DNA of 64,000 nt from Pseudomonadota bacterium (lineage in GTDB: Bacteria; Pseudomonadota; Gammaproteobacteria; Burkholderiales; Thiobacillaceae), in the NCBI GenBank assembly GCA_021820845.1, contig JAKADC010000007.1:101300-165299 (forward strand). The letters run 5' to 3'. Under the pieces are notes generated by a model, which was not told the origin of the DNA, did no database searches, and saw nothing but the letters and a program-made list of their open reading frames with translations. The position numbers and the translations under genes were made by a program. Every line of letters begins with the position of its first letter. Positions within the stretch are counted from its first letter, which is position 1. Positions 21,554-32,488 of the stretch are shown here, piece after piece.

Positions 21554-22459
21554 TCAGTCCCTCAGGTCGCGTCCGGTGAGCTTGAGGAAGACGTCTTCCA
21601 GGTTCGACGGCCGGTGCAGGTAGCGCAGTGCCGGCGCGTTCCCGAGCGCTTCGATGACGGTGTCGGGGCTGCGGGTGTAGCAGAACAGCGTTTCGCCGAC
21701 CGTCTCGAAGCGCTGGCACAGGCCGGCCGCATGCCGCGCGGTCCAGTCGGCGAGCCCTTCGCCGAACACCTCGACCACGGCCGGTTCGATATGCGTTTCG
21801 ATCAGCGCGCGCGGCGCGCCCTCGGCGACGACGCGCCCGTGATCGAGAATGGCGAGGCGGTCGGTAAGGCGCTCGGCCTCGTCCATGAAATGCGTCGTCA
21901 GCACGATCGTCTTGCCGGCGCCGATCAGCCGCCGCAGCCCCTGCCAGATGAGGTGGCGCGCCTGCGGGTCGAGCCCGGTGGTGGGCTCATCCAGAAACAG
22001 GATGTCGGGATCGTGCACCAGCGCGCGCGCGAGCGTGAGGCGCCGCTTCATGCCGCCCGAGAGCTGGGCGATCTGCGCGTCGGCCTTGCTCGCGAGGCCG
22101 GCGAACTCGAGCAGCTCGGGCACGCGCGCGGTGACCGCCGCCTTGCTCATGCCGAAATAGCGGCCGTAGGCGAGCAGGTTCTCGCGCACCGAGAAATCCG
22201 GATCGAGGTTGTCCATCTGCGGCACGACGCCGACTTTCATGCGGGCCTCGCGCGCGCGCCGCGGCACCTCGATGCCGGCGAGCTCGATGTGCCCGGCGTC
22301 GGGTTCGATCAGGCCCAACAGCAGGCGCAGCGTGGTGGTCTTGCCCGCGCCGTTCGGGCCCAGCAGCCCGAAACATTCGCCGCGCTCGACGTCGAGGTCG
22401 AGGCCGCGCACCACTTCGGCGTCGCCATATCGTTTCGTGAGGCCGCGCGCCTTCAGCAC
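21554..22459 (-). CDS. ABC exporter ATP-binding protein, NodI-like
   Basis: Walker [28 protein letters not shown]; GTG start inferred. Confidence 0.9.
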   Translation of the reverse strand: MLKARGLTKRYGDAEVVRGLDLDVERGECFGLLGPNGAGKTTTLRLLLGLIEPDAGHIELAGIEVPRRAREARMKVGVVPQMDNLDPDFSVRENLLAYGRYFGMSKAAVTARVPELLEFAGLASKADAQIAQLSGGMKRRLTLARALVHDPDILFLDEPTTGLDPQARHLIWQGLRRLIGAGKTIVLTTHFMDEAERLTDRLAILDHGRVVAEGAPRALIETHIEPAVVEVFGEGLADWTARHAAGLCQRFETVGETLFCYTRSPDTVIEALGNAPALRYLHRPSNLEDVFLKLTGRDLRD

Positions 22460-23055
22460 GGGCAGGCCTCGAGAAACGCCTGCTTCAACTCCTTGAGCTT
22501 GCCGTGGAAGAAGTGCCCGGCACCGGGGATGGCCTTCGCGGCAAGCTTCTGCTGTCCCGCCCAGAGCTGGATCGCGGCGGGCGGGATGAGCTCGTCGGCG
22601 TCGCCGAAGATCACCCGGGTGTCGGGCGGTACGGGGTCGAATTCGTACATGGTGACGGCCGGCGCGACCAGGATCAGCCGCCGCGCTGGGAGCGCCTGGC
22701 GCAGCCGGTGCTGCACGAAAGCACCGAACGAGAAGCCGGCCAGCGCCCATGGCAGGTCGGGATAGCTCGCTTCGACGAAACGGGCGACCGCCAGCAGATC
22801 GTCGGTCTCGCCGACCCCGGCGTCGAACTCGCCGTCGCTCATGCCGACGCCGCGGAAATTCGGCCGCACGCTGACCCAGCCGGCCTCGTTGGCGGCCTTG
22901 GCGATCGTCGTCACCACCTTGTTGTCGAGGCTGCCGCCGTGCAGCGGATGCGGGTGCGCCACGAGCAGGAGGCCGCGGCGGCCGGTCTCGGGGTCGTCGA
23001 TGACGGTTTCCAGTTTCCCGGCCGGAACCGGGATGCGCAGCTTGTAGCGTTTCAT
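22453..23055 (-). CDS. Alpha/beta hydrolase
   Basis: [27 protein letters not shown] nucleophile elbow, GHFFHG. Confidence 0.88.
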   Translation of the reverse strand: MKRYKLRIPVPAGKLETVIDDPETGRRGLLLVAHPHPLHGGSLDNKVVTTIAKAANEAGWVSVRPNFRGVGMSDGEFDAGVGETDDLLAVARFVEASYPDLPWALAGFSFGAFVQHRLRQALPARRLILVAPAVTMYEFDPVPPDTRVIFGDADELIPPAAIQLWAGQQKLAAKAIPGAGHFFHGKLKELKQAFLEACPC

Positions 23056-23077
23056 CGGGCCGCTCCGCTCGGCCGCC

Positions 23078-23395
23078 TCACTTCACGCGGAGGCGGTCGA
23101 CGACGCGGCCTTGCTTGAGATGGGCCTCGAAGATTTCGTCGATGTCGGCCTCGTCGACGTAGGTGTACCAGACGCCTTCGGGATACACGACCAGCAGCGG
23201 TCCTTCGTCGCAGCGGTCGAAGCAGCCGGCGCTGTTGATGCGGCACTTGCCTTCGCCGTTCAGGCCGGCGAGCTTGACCTTCTTCTTCAGGTAGTCGCGC
23301 ATGTGCTGGCCGCCGGAGGCGCCGCAGGATTTGGCGCCGTCGTCGCGCTCGTTGGTGCAGAAGAAGACGTGGCGTTTGTAGTACGGGTCAGTCAT
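23078..23395 (-). CDS. Thioredoxin-like [2Fe-2S] ferredoxin
   Basis: HVFFCTN...SC...GCFDRC..GP..VVYPEGVWY. Confidence 0.9.
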   Translation of the reverse strand: MTDPYYKRHVFFCTNERDDGAKSCGASGGQHMRDYLKKKVKLAGLNGEGKCRINSAGCFDRCDEGPLLVVYPEGVWYTYVDEADIDEIFEAHLKQGRVVDRLRVK

Positions 23396-23759
23396 TGGAG
23401 AAGTCCGAATATTTGCGCGCATTGCCGTGCGCCTTGTCGATGGGATATTTCGCGGCGTTGATCGCAAGCTTGTCCGCCGCCGCGGCGAGCAGGTCGATGT
23501 CGAGCACGTCGGCCAGCCGGGTGAGGTAGATCAGCACGTCGGCGATCTCCTGGCGCACCGCTTCGCGCTGCTGCGGTTCCAGCGCCTGGCTTTGTTCCGC
23601 CGTCAGCCACTGGAACGGCTCGAGCAGTTCCGCGGCCTCCACGGAGAGCGCCATCGCCAGGTTCTTGGGCGTATGGTAGCGCTCCCACGCGCGTGCCTGC
23701 GCGAAGTCGCGAATGTGCCGGCGCAGGGCGTCCAGGCTGTCGATCTCGGGCGTACTCAT
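23388..23759 (-). CDS. MazG-like nucleotide pyrophosphohydrolase (dCTPase type)
   Basis: HTPKNLAMAL, EAAELLE, QEIADV, KLAINAAKYP. Confidence 0.88.
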   Translation of the reverse strand: MSTPEIDSLDALRRHIRDFAQARAWERYHTPKNLAMALSVEAAELLEPFQWLTAEQSQALEPQQREAVRQEIADVLIYLTRLADVLDIDLLAAAADKLAINAAKYPIDKAHGNARKYSDFSND

Positions 23760-23884
23760 GGCCCGCATGATAACGCGGCAGGCAAGCGGCCCGCCACGCG
23801 TGCCCTAAAACCGCGCGGGACGCGCCAAATCCGCGGCCGTTGCTACAATGTGCCGTCTCCGTCTTCCTCCCAGCCGTCGCACGC

Positions 23885-24964
23885 ATGCAAACCCTCAACG
23901 TCGATCTCGGCGAGCGCGCCTATCCCATCCATATCGGCTCCGGCCTGCTGGATCGCGCCGAGCTGATCCTGCCGCACCTTGCGCAAAAGCGCGTGATGAT
24001 CGTGACGAACACCACGGTGGCACCGCTTTACCTGGCGAGGCTGACGGCGACGCTCGAGACGGGCGCGGTGGCTGTGTCGAGCGTGGTGCTGCCCGACGGC
24101 GAGGCATACAAGAACTGGGAGACGCTGAACGAGATTTTCGATGCGCTGCTGACCGATCGCGCCGAGCGCAAGACCACGCTGATCGCGCTCGGCGGCGGCG
24201 TGATCGGCGACATGACCGGCTTCGCGGCGGCGAGCTATCAGCGCGGCGTGCCCTTCATCCAGATTCCGACGACGCTGCTGTCGCAGGTCGATTCCTCGGT
24301 GGGCGGAAAGACCGGCATCAACCACCCGCTCGGCAAGAACATGATCGGCGCGTTCTATCAGCCGAAGCTTGTGCTGGCGGACACCGACACGCTGAAAACG
24401 CTGCCGGCGCGCGAGCTGTCGGCGGGGCTCGCCGAGGTCATCAAGTACGGCCTCATCTGGGATGCCGATTTCTTCGCCTGGCTGGAAGCGAACATGGACA
24501 AGCTGCGTGCGCTCGATCCGGCGGCGATCACCCATGCGATCTACCGCTCGTGCGAAATCAAGGCGCAGATCGTGGCGCAGGACGAGCGCGAGGGAGGCAT
24601 CCGCGCCATCCTCAACCTTGGCCACACGTTCGGCCATGCGATCGAGACCGGCATGGGCTACGGCAACTGGCTGCACGGCGAAGCCGTGGCGGCGGGCATG
24701 GCGCTGGCGGCGGAAACGTCGCGGCGCCTGGGGTGGCTCGCCGACGCGGACGTCGAACGCGCCCGCGCACTGATCCGCGCGGCGGGGTTGCCGGACGTCG
24801 CCCCCGACCTGGGCGTGGAGACCTATCTCGAATACATGGGCCACGACAAGAAGGTCGAGGGCGGCAAGATGCGTTTCGTGTTGCTGAAGAAGCTGGGCGA
24901 GGCGGTCGTCACGGGCGACGTGCCGGTCGATGTGCTGACCGGCGTGTTGACCGCGCCGCATTGA
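23885..24964 (+). CDS. aroB: 3-dehydroquinate synthase
   Basis: [43 protein letters not shown]. Confidence 0.97.
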   Translation: MQTLNVDLGERAYPIHIGSGLLDRAELILPHLAQKRVMIVTNTTVAPLYLARLTATLETGAVAVSSVVLPDGEAYKNWETLNEIFDALLTDRAERKTTLIALGGGVIGDMTGFAAASYQRGVPFIQIPTTLLSQVDSSVGGKTGINHPLGKNMIGAFYQPKLVLADTDTLKTLPARELSAGLAEVIKYGLIWDADFFAWLEANMDKLRALDPAAITHAIYRSCEIKAQIVAQDEREGGIRAILNLGHTFGHAIETGMGYGNWLHGEAVAAGMALAAETSRRLGWLADADVERARALIRAAGLPDVAPDLGVETYLEYMGHDKKVEGGKMRFVLLKKLGEAVVTGDVPVDVLTGVLTAPH

Positions 24965-24978
24965 CACAAGGAGCGTTG

Positions 24979-26109
24979 ATGGAACCGTCGTTCGCCTCCT
25001 ACGCAGCGCATTCCAGTCAATCCCGCGGCCGCATGCACGCGGAAGCGCCCGCGGCACCGCGTTCCGAGTTCCAGCGCGACCGCGACCGCGTCATCCATTC
25101 CACGGCGTTCCGGCGGCTGGAATACAAGACCCAGGTGTTCGTGAACCACGAAGGCGACCTGTTCCGCACGCGGCTGACGCACAGCATCGAGGTGGCGCAG
25201 ATCGGACGCACGATTGCGCGGCTTCTGAATCTCAACGAGGACCTGGTGGAAGCGATTTCGCTGGCGCACGACCTCGGCCACACGCCCTTCGGGCATGCCG
25301 GGCAGGATGCGCTCAACGCGTGCATGCGCGAACACGGAGGCTTCGAGCACAACCTGCAATCGCTGCGGGTGGTCGACCTGCTGGAAGAACGCTACGCCGA
25401 TTTCGACGGGCTGAACCTCAGCTTCGAGGCGCGCGAGGGCATCCTCAAGCATTGCTCGCTCGCGAATGCGGAGAAGCTCGGCGAGGTGGGGCGGCGCTTT
25501 CTCGACAAGCGGCAGCCCTCGCTCGAGGCGCAGGTCGCCAACCTGGCCGACGAGATCGCCTACAACAACCACGATGTCGACGACGGCCTGCGCTCCGGCT
25601 TGATCACGCTGGAACAGCTGAGCGAAGTGCAACTGTTCGCACGCCATCTCGCCGACGTGCGGGCGAAGCACCCGGACCTGCAGGGTCGCCGCGTGGTGAC
25701 GGAAACCGTGCGCCGCATCATCAATACGCTGATCCTCGATCTGGTGAGCACGACGCGGGCGAACATCGAGCACAGCGGCGTCCGCAGCATCGACGACGTC
25801 CGCGCCGCGCCGCCTCTCGCGGCTTTCAGCCCCGCCGTGCTCGACGAACACCGCGAGCTCAAGCGCTTCCTGATGCATCACCTGTACCGTCATTACAAGG
25901 TGGCGCGCATGAGCGCGAAGGCCGCTCGCATCGTCAGCGACCTCTACACGGCGTTCACCGGCGATGCCCGCCTGCTGCCGCCCGAGCATCAGGCGCGCGA
26001 ATCGCTCGAAGGCGCGCGCGCGGTGGCCGATTACATCGCGGGGATGACCGACCGCTACGCGATGCGCGAGCACCGGCGGATTTTCGCGGTCGAAGAAATC
26101 TACGGCTGA
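24979..26109 (+). CDS. dgt: Deoxyguanosinetriphosphate triphosphohydrolase
   Basis: [40 protein letters not shown]. Confidence 0.95.
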   Translation: MEPSFASYAAHSSQSRGRMHAEAPAAPRSEFQRDRDRVIHSTAFRRLEYKTQVFVNHEGDLFRTRLTHSIEVAQIGRTIARLLNLNEDLVEAISLAHDLGHTPFGHAGQDALNACMREHGGFEHNLQSLRVVDLLEERYADFDGLNLSFEAREGILKHCSLANAEKLGEVGRRFLDKRQPSLEAQVANLADEIAYNNHDVDDGLRSGLITLEQLSEVQLFARHLADVRAKHPDLQGRRVVTETVRRIINTLILDLVSTTRANIEHSGVRSIDDVRAAPPLAAFSPAVLDEHRELKRFLMHHLYRHYKVARMSAKAARIVSDLYTAFTGDARLLPPEHQARESLEGARAVADYIAGMTDRYAMREHRRIFAVEEIYG

Positions 26110-26133
26110 GGCAGGTCCCGGTCGTGCGCCGGT

Positions 26134-26826
26134 TCAACCGCCGCGAGGCAGCGTGCGTGCCGCCACCCAGCACGTCACCTCCGACGCGCCCGCCCGCTTC
26201 AGCGTCGCGGCCAGCTCGTCGAGACTGGTTCCGGTGGTCATCACGTCGTCGATCAGCGCGATGCGCTGTCCCCGCATGTCGGCCGAGCACGCGAATGCCC
26301 CGCGCAGATTGCGGCGCCGTGCGTCGTGCTTCAGGCCCATCTGCGGCGGGGTGTCGCGGATGCGCGTGCAGCTGTCGACGTCGAGCGGCAGGGCGAGCCG
26401 CTTCGCCACCTCGCGGGCGATCTCGGTGGCGTGGTTGAAGCCGCGGTCACGGATGCGTTTCGCGTGCAGCGGCATGGCGATCAGGCGATCCGGCGCGGCG
26501 AGGCGCTCCACCGCGCGGGCGAGGCACTCGCCCAGGACCGGCGCGACGGCGAGGCGACCGTGATACTTCAGGCGCGGGATCAGGCGGTCGAGGGGATAGG
26601 CGTAGGCCAGCGCGGCGACCGTGCGCTCGAACGCAGGCGGACGCTTGAGGCAGGCGCCGCAGACCTGTCCGAGCGGCGTGGGCGTCGCGCATTGCGGGCA
26701 CTGGGGCCGCGTGTGCCAGGGCAGATCGGCCAGGCAGGCGGGGCAGACCCTCGCCGCGCCGCTCGCGTCTCCGCAGAGGAGGCAATTCTGCGGAAACAGG
26801 CGATTAAAAAATAATCGAATGTTCAA
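26134..26826 (-). CDS. comF: ComF family protein
   Basis: CxxC pairs, RGFN, PRT-like LIDDVMTTGTS; TTG start inferred. Confidence 0.88.
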   Translation of the reverse strand: MNIRLFFNRLFPQNCLLCGDASGAARVCPACLADLPWHTRPQCPQCATPTPLGQVCGACLKRPPAFERTVAALAYAYPLDRLIPRLKYHGRLAVAPVLGECLARAVERLAAPDRLIAMPLHAKRIRDRGFNHATEIAREVAKRLALPLDVDSCTRIRDTPPQMGLKHDARRRNLRGAFACSADMRGQRIALIDDVMTTGTSLDELAATLKRAGASEVTCWVAARTLPRGG

Positions 26827-26844
26827 GTTTCGAGTGGGCCAAAA

Positions 26845-26873
26845 TTGACAGCGGGCGGTCCCTATCCGAGAAT
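26845..26873 (+). promoter_or_regulatory. Putative sigma70 promoter for the hypothetical-bio operon
   Basis: TTGACA (26845-50), 17 nt, GAGAAT (26868-73). Confidence 0.5.
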
Positions 26874-26879
26874 GCGACG

Positions 26880-27338
26880 ATGAAAGCAAAACGCGTCATC
26901 ACGGCCTCGTCGTCACGCTTCTCCGCGCAGTTGTTCAATCTCATCACCGTCGGCGTGCTGCTGGCTTCGCTGACGGCCCTGCTGCTCGGAAAGCTGCTCG
27001 TCAGCCAAAAAATCGGTTTCCTGCCTCTGGTGCTGTCGCTGCCGCCGATCATGATCTGGCTCGGCGCGTCGATCTTCGTCTACGCGAGTATCGCTCATCA
27101 TCCGAATCCGCGCACCGCGTATTACAACAAGTGGGCGGGCTACCGCTATTACGGCGTGATGGGGGGGCTGGTCGTGTTCGGCCAGCCGCTGTACGACATG
27201 CTGGGCGGCTGGCAGGGCCTGATGCTGGTGTTGGGACTGGCCATCGCGATCATCGTGCCGTGGGCGCTGTTTGATGTTTTCAAGGCCGCGCGCGAACCGT
27301 GGCAAGACATGACCATCGAGGTGGCAATCAATGAATGA
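26880..27338 (+). CDS. Hypothetical multi-pass membrane protein, first gene of the bio operon
   Basis: 152 aa, ~4 hydrophobic segments, overlaps the bioB start by 8 nt. Confidence 0.75.
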   Translation: MKAKRVITASSSRFSAQLFNLITVGVLLASLTALLLGKLLVSQKIGFLPLVLSLPPIMIWLGASIFVYASIAHHPNPRTAYYNKWAGYRYYGVMGGLVVFGQPLYDMLGGWQGLMLVLGLAIAIIVPWALFDVFKAAREPWQDMTIEVAINE

Positions 27339-28284
27339 CATGATCCAACCGGCCGCCAGGCAGTCCGTCGCGGCCATCGAGGTGCTCTTCGCCCTGCCGT
27401 TTGCCGACCTGATGTTCCGGGCGCAGACGGTGCATCGCGAGCACTTCGACCCCAACCGTGTGCAGCTGTCGACGCTCTTGTCGATCAAGACCGGCGGCTG
27501 CTCCGAGGACTGCGGCTACTGCCCGCAGTCGGTGCACTACGATGCGGGGGTCGAGAAGCAGGGCATGCTCGACATCGACGACGTGCTGAAGGCCGCGAAG
27601 GCCGCCAAGGATGCGGGCGCCTCGCGCTTCTGCATGGGTGCGGCCTGGCGCGGCCCCAAGCAGCATGACCTCGAGCCCGTGCTCGACATGGTGCGCGAGG
27701 TGAAGGCACTCGGCCTGGAGACCTGCGCGACGCTGGGCATGCTGAAGGACGGCCAGGCGGAGCAGCTGAAGGAAGCCGGCCTCGACTACTACAACCACAA
27801 CCTCGACACCTCGCCCGAGTTCTACGGCGAGATCATCACCACCCGCGACTACCAGGACCGCCTCGACACGCTCGAGCGCGTGCGCCAGGCCGACCTGCAC
27901 GTGTGCTGCGGCGGCATCGTCGGCATGGGCGAGTCGCGCACCCAGCGCGCGGGACTCATCGCCCAGCTGGCCTCGCTCGACCCGCAACCCGAATCCGTGC
28001 CGATCAATCTGCTGGTGCAGGTCGAGGGCACGCCGCTGGCCGGCACCGAGACGCTCGATCCGCTGGAATTCGTGCGCACCATCGCGGTCGCGCGCCTCTG
28101 CCTGCCGAAGAGCTTCGTGCGCCTGTCCGCCGGCCGCCAGCAGATGAGCGACGCGGTGCAGGCGTTGTGCTTCCTCGCCGGGGCCAATTCGATCTTCTAC
28201 GGCGACAAGCTCCTCACCACGGGCAACCCGGAGTGGGAGCGCGACCAGCGCCTGTTCGACACCCTCGGGCTGACGCCGTTGTGA
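27331..28284 (+). CDS. bioB: Biotin synthase
   Basis: [30 protein letters not shown]. Confidence 0.98.
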   Translation: MNDMIQPAARQSVAAIEVLFALPFADLMFRAQTVHREHFDPNRVQLSTLLSIKTGGCSEDCGYCPQSVHYDAGVEKQGMLDIDDVLKAAKAAKDAGASRFCMGAAWRGPKQHDLEPVLDMVREVKALGLETCATLGMLKDGQAEQLKEAGLDYYNHNLDTSPEFYGEIITTRDYQDRLDTLERVRQADLHVCCGGIVGMGESRTQRAGLIAQLASLDPQPESVPINLLVQVEGTPLAGTETLDPLEFVRTIAVARLCLPKSFVRLSAGRQQMSDAVQALCFLAGANSIFYGDKLLTTGNPEWERDQRLFDTLGLTPL

Positions 28285-29441
28285 CCCATGCGGCGCTGAC
28301 CCGCCTGCAGCAGGGGCTGGCGGCGCTGAAGGACGATCATCTCGATCGCCGGCGCCGGCTGCTCGACGGCGCGCAGGGCGCTCACGTCACGATCGACGGC
28401 CGCCGCGTCGTTTCCTTCTGCAGCAACGATTATCTGGGACTTGCCGCCGATCCGGCGCTGATCCGCTCCGCCCACGCCGCGCTCGATGCGTGCGGCGTCG
28501 GCGCCGGCGCCGCGCACCTCATCACGGGCCATCACCGTTTTCATCACGACTTCGAGACCGCTTTCGCGCGTTTCGTCGGCAAGCCGGCGGCGCTGCTTTT
28601 CTCGACCGGCTACATGGCGAACCTGGCGGTGCTCACCGCGCTGGTCGGCCGCCGCGGCGCCGTGTTCTCGGACAAGCTCAACCACGCCTCGCTGGTCGAC
28701 GCGGCAAAGCTGTCGGGCGCGAACTGCACCCGCTATCGCCACGGCGATCTTGCCCAGCTCGAATCGCAGCTCGCGAACAGCGCGGCGCAGGACAAGGTCA
28801 TCGCCTCCGATCTGGTATTCAGCATGGACGGCGATATCGCGCCGGTCGACGCGCTGCTCGATCTGGCGGAGCGCTACGACGCCTGGCTCTATCTCGACGA
28901 CGCCCACGGCTTCGGCGTGCTGAACGCGGGCCGCGGCGGACTGACCGAGCGCGCGCGCGCAAGCGACCGCGTGATCTACCTGGCCACGCTGGGCAAGGCC
29001 GCCGGAGTCGGGGGCGCGGCGGTTGCGGCTCACGCGAGCGTGACCGACTGGCTGGTCCAGAAGGCGCGGCCCTACATCTACACGACCGCATCGCCGCCGC
29101 TGCTCGCGGCGTGCCTGCTCGAGAGCCTGCGTCAGATCGAGGCCGGAGACGCCCGCCGCGAGCGTCTGGACGGCCACGTCCGGCAGCTGCGCGAAGGCCT
29201 CGCCGATCTGAAGCGAGGGCACCTGATGCCGTCCGCCACGCCGATCCAGCCGTTCGTGGTCGGCGCGAATGCCGATGCAGTGCGGATGTCGCACGCCTTG
29301 CTCGAGCGCGGCCTGCTTGTGCCGGCGATCCGCACGCCCACGGTTCCCGCCGGCACGGCGCGGCTGCGCATTACGCTGTCGGCCGCGCACAGCGGGGACG
29401 ATGTCGCACAACTCGTCGAGGCCATGCATGCGGTCGCCTGA
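28281..29441 (+). CDS. bioF: 8-amino-7-oxononanoate synthase
   Basis: SNDYLGL, LNHASL, FSMDGD, DDAHG, TLGKA. Confidence 0.96.
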   Translation: MTHAALTRLQQGLAALKDDHLDRRRRLLDGAQGAHVTIDGRRVVSFCSNDYLGLAADPALIRSAHAALDACGVGAGAAHLITGHHRFHHDFETAFARFVGKPAALLFSTGYMANLAVLTALVGRRGAVFSDKLNHASLVDAAKLSGANCTRYRHGDLAQLESQLANSAAQDKVIASDLVFSMDGDIAPVDALLDLAERYDAWLYLDDAHGFGVLNAGRGGLTERARASDRVIYLATLGKAAGVGGAAVAAHASVTDWLVQKARPYIYTTASPPLLAACLLESLRQIEAGDARRERLDGHVRQLREGLADLKRGHLMPSATPIQPFVVGANADAVRMSHALLERGLLVPAIRTPTVPAGTARLRITLSAAHSGDDVAQLVEAMHAVA

Positions 29442-30174
29442 ACGTGCCCTGGCGCTCCTGCACGGCTGGGGCATGAATGCCCGCGTGTTCGACGCACTGG
29501 CCGCTGAGCTTTCCGGCGAATTCGAGGTGCGCGCGCTCGACCTGCCCGGCCACGGCGGGCGCGACCCTTTGCCCGCCAACACCCTTCGGGACTGGGCCGA
29601 CGACCTCGCGCACCGGCTTCCGGAAGGCGCCATGGTGCTGGGCTGGTCGCTCGGCGGCCAGGTGGCGATGCGCGCCGCCCTCGATCACCCGCGCAGGATC
29701 GCACGCCTGGTCCTCCTGGCGTCGACGCCGCGCTTCGTCGTGGCGGAGGACTGGCGGCACGGCATATCGTCTGCCGACCTGCAGGACTTCGGCGCGGCAC
29801 TCATCGCCGATCCGCAGGCGACGCTCCTGCGCTTCCTCAGCCTGCAGACGCGTGGCATGGCCGGGCAGAAAGGCCTGCTGCAGACGCTGCGGCAGACGCT
29901 CCTGGCCGCACCGGCGGCACACCGTGACGCGCTCGCCGCCGGGCTGGCGATGCTGCGCGACACCGACTTGCGGACGGAATTGCCCGCGCTCGCGCAACCG
30001 ACCCTGGTGCTGCACGGCGCGCTCGACACGCTCACGCCCGCGGCGGCAGGCGCGTGGCTCGCCCAAACGCTGCCGGCCGCGCGGCATCTCGAACTGCCGC
30101 GCGCCGCGCACGCGCCGCACCTGTCGCATGCCGCAGACGTGGCCGCCGCAATCAGGGAATTCGCACATGACTGA
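29428..30174 (+). CDS. bioH: Pimeloyl-ACP methyl ester esterase
   Basis: LHGWGMN, GWSLGG, GALD, AHAPHLSH. Confidence 0.93.
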   Translation: MRSPERALALLHGWGMNARVFDALAAELSGEFEVRALDLPGHGGRDPLPANTLRDWADDLAHRLPEGAMVLGWSLGGQVAMRAALDHPRRIARLVLLASTPRFVVAEDWRHGISSADLQDFGAALIADPQATLLRFLSLQTRGMAGQKGLLQTLRQTLLAAPAAHRDALAAGLAMLRDTDLRTELPALAQPTLVLHGALDTLTPAAAGAWLAQTLPAARHLELPRAAHAPHLSHAADVAAAIREFAHD

Positions 30175-31147
30175 CGAGCACGTGCCGCTTCCTTCGCCGC
30201 TGCACGGCGGCGCCGACGAGGCGCGCCAACGCGCGGATGAACTCGATTACGCCGAAGTGCGGCGCTCGTTCGACCACGCGGCCGCGCATTACGACGCACA
30301 CGCCGTGCTGCAGCGCGAGGTGTGCGACCGCCTGCTGGAGCGGCTCGGCTTCATGACGCTGCAACCGCGGCGCGTGCTCGATGTCGGCACAGGAACCGGT
30401 TATGGGCTGGCGCATCTGCTTGCGCGTTATCCGGCAGCCGAGCACTGCGCGCTCGACATCGCGCCGGCCATGCTGGCGGCGGCGCGCGCGCGCGTGCCAC
30501 AACCGACATGGACCCGACGCGCGCTGCAGCGCCTCGCCCCCGGGGCGTCGGCCTCGACACACTTCGTGTGCGCGGACATGGAGCGCTTGCCCCTCGCGGC
30601 CGACAGCGTGGACCTCGCCTGGTCGAGTCTTGCGCTGCAGTGGGCGCACGATCCGGAAGCCACGTTCCGGGGCTTTCACCGGGTGCTGGCGCCCGGCGGA
30701 CTGCTGATCTTTGCCACCTTCGGTCCCGACACGCTGAAGGAACTGCGCGCGGCCTTCGCGGAAATCGACGACGCGCCGCACGTGAACCGCTTCATCGACC
30801 TGCACGATATCGGCGACATGCTCATCCATGCCGGGTTCGCGAGCCCGGTGATGGAAATGGAGATGCTGACCCTGACCTACGCCGACCTGAAAACGCTGAT
30901 GCGCGATCTCAAGGGAATCGGCGCGCACAACGCCGCATCCGCGAGACGGCGCGGGCTGCTGGGCAAGTCGGCGTGGTCGCGGCTCGAGCGGGCGTACGAA
31001 TCGAGTCGCGTCGAGGGACGCCTGCCGGCCACCTTCGAGGTGGTCTACGGTCACGCCTGGGCAGGCGACAAGACGCGGCGCGAGGATGGGCGCCAGGTGG
31101 TTCAGTTCAACATCGGCGAGCGCCGCCGCAAGCTGGGTCTGGCATGA
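30167..31147 (+). CDS. bioC: Malonyl-ACP O-methyltransferase
   Basis: VLDVGTGTG, SSLALQW, TFGPDTLKEL, DLHDIGDML. Confidence 0.95.
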   Translation: MTDEHVPLPSPLHGGADEARQRADELDYAEVRRSFDHAAAHYDAHAVLQREVCDRLLERLGFMTLQPRRVLDVGTGTGYGLAHLLARYPAAEHCALDIAPAMLAAARARVPQPTWTRRALQRLAPGASASTHFVCADMERLPLAADSVDLAWSSLALQWAHDPEATFRGFHRVLAPGGLLIFATFGPDTLKELRAAFAEIDDAPHVNRFIDLHDIGDMLIHAGFASPVMEMEMLTLTYADLKTLMRDLKGIGAHNAASARRRGLLGKSAWSRLERAYESSRVEGRLPATFEVVYGHAWAGDKTRREDGRQVVQFNIGERRRKLGLA

Positions 31148-31836
31148 CGGCGCGCGGCGTGTTCGTGACCGGCACCGATACGGGCGTGGGCAAGACGCGC
31201 GTAGCCGTCGCGTTGATCCACGCGTTGCGCCTGCAAGGGTTGCGCGTGGCGGCGATGAAGCCGGTGGCGGCGGGGCACGCGCCGGGCGAGTTGAACGAAG
31301 ACGTGGCGGCCTTGCGGCAGGCCGCCGACGTGAAAGGCGATCCGCGCGACGTGAATCCCTACGCGTTCGAGCCCGCGGCGGCGCCGCACATTGCCGCTGC
31401 GCAGGCCGGCGTGCGCATCGAACTGGACGCGATCGCCGCGGCGCATGCGCGGCTCGCGGCGCAAGCCGACGTGGTCGTGGTCGAAGGCGCGGGCGGCTGG
31501 CGCGTCCCCCTGAACGAGCGCGAAGACATGGCGGACCTGGCAAAGCGGCTTGGCCTGCCGGTCGTGCTGGTGGTGGGCTTGCGCCTGGGCTGTCTCAACC
31601 ATGCGCTGCTCACGGCCGAGTCGATCGCGCGCCGGGGGCTGCGATGGGGCGGCTGGATCGGCAACCATCTCGAGCCGTCCATGCCGCTGGCAGCCGAAAA
31701 TCTCCTCGCCCTGCAAGCCCGTCTGCCCGGCCCGAGCCTCGGCGTGCAGCCTTTCCTCGGGCGCGACATTTCCTCCCCCAATCCGCTCGAATGGCTGACG
31801 CTGCCTGAAATGTTAGCAAATCAGAATAATCGATAG
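31144..31836 (+). CDS. bioD: Dethiobiotin synthase
   Basis: FVTGTDTGVGKT, MKPV, VEGAGG, LGCLNHALLT. Confidence 0.96.
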   Translation: MTARGVFVTGTDTGVGKTRVAVALIHALRLQGLRVAAMKPVAAGHAPGELNEDVAALRQAADVKGDPRDVNPYAFEPAAAPHIAAAQAGVRIELDAIAAAHARLAAQADVVVVEGAGGWRVPLNEREDMADLAKRLGLPVVLVVGLRLGCLNHALLTAESIARRGLRWGGWIGNHLEPSMPLAAENLLALQARLPGPSLGVQPFLGRDISSPNPLEWLTLPEMLANQNNR

Positions 31837-31913
31837 TAGCAATTTAATTATACGAATCAATCACTTAATGTCGATTTGTGCTTGTTCCCGCAAGCGCGCT
31901 CGTGTTACTGTCC

Positions 31914-31928
31914 GCGACATATTGCCGC
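31914..31928. promoter_or_regulatory. RegA/PrrA/RegR-type box upstream of DUF2244-cox
   Basis: GCGAC-ATATT-GCCGC, the reverse complement of the consensus GCGGC-N5-GTCGC. Confidence 0.65.
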
Positions 31929-31947
31929 ATGTGATTTCCTCGTTCCC

Positions 31948-32433
31948 ATGGACCAGACGAACAAGGAAGACCGTGAAGGCGTGTCGGAAGGCGCGTTCGT
32001 ATTCCAGTCCCGCCCGAACCGTTCGCTGACGCAAAGCCAGCATCGGCTCGCATTCTGGAGCCTGGCGGGGTCGTGTTGTGCGACCGCAGGCGGCTTCGCG
32101 CTGCTGGGCTACTGGCCGGTCCTGCCGTTTGCGGGCCTCGAGGCGGGCCTTCTGGCATGGTCGTTCGCGGCGCTGCGCAGGCAGGACGGGAATTACGAGA
32201 CGCTCACGATCGACGGCGACAAGGTGGTGCTGGAATGGTGCACCGGAACGCATCGAGAACGACGTGAAATGAACCGCCGATGGGTGTGCGTGGTATGCGA
32301 TTGCGGGACGCCGGGCAGGAATTGCCGTCTCAGCCTGCGTTCCCACGGCCGCGAGACAAGGATCGGACAGTATTTGAGCGACGAGGCGCGACTGCATCTG
32401 GCCGCGACCTTGCGCAAAAAGTTGCGGGCTTAA
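31948..32433 (+). CDS. DUF2244 membrane protein
   Basis: RPNRSLT, GYWPVLPFAGLE, IGQYLS; usual position upstream of coxB. Confidence 0.8.
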   Translation: MDQTNKEDREGVSEGAFVFQSRPNRSLTQSQHRLAFWSLAGSCCATAGGFALLGYWPVLPFAGLEAGLLAWSFAALRRQDGNYETLTIDGDKVVLEWCTGTHRERREMNRRWVCVVCDCGTPGRNCRLSLRSHGRETRIGQYLSDEARLHLAATLRKKLRA

Positions 32434-32488
32434 AGCGGCATACGTCTGCGACGACTACCCATAACGAAGCCGAGAGGATGGGGAAGCG

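Noticed and set aside
20764-22459. NodI/NodJ as evidence of nodulation
   Set aside because: No nodABC present; NodIJ-like exporters are common in non-symbiotic Betaproteobacteria
26801-26817. Palindrome CGATTA-N5-TAATCG near the bio promoter
   Set aside because: Lies inside the comF coding sequence, is short, and matches no BirA/BioR motif I recognise
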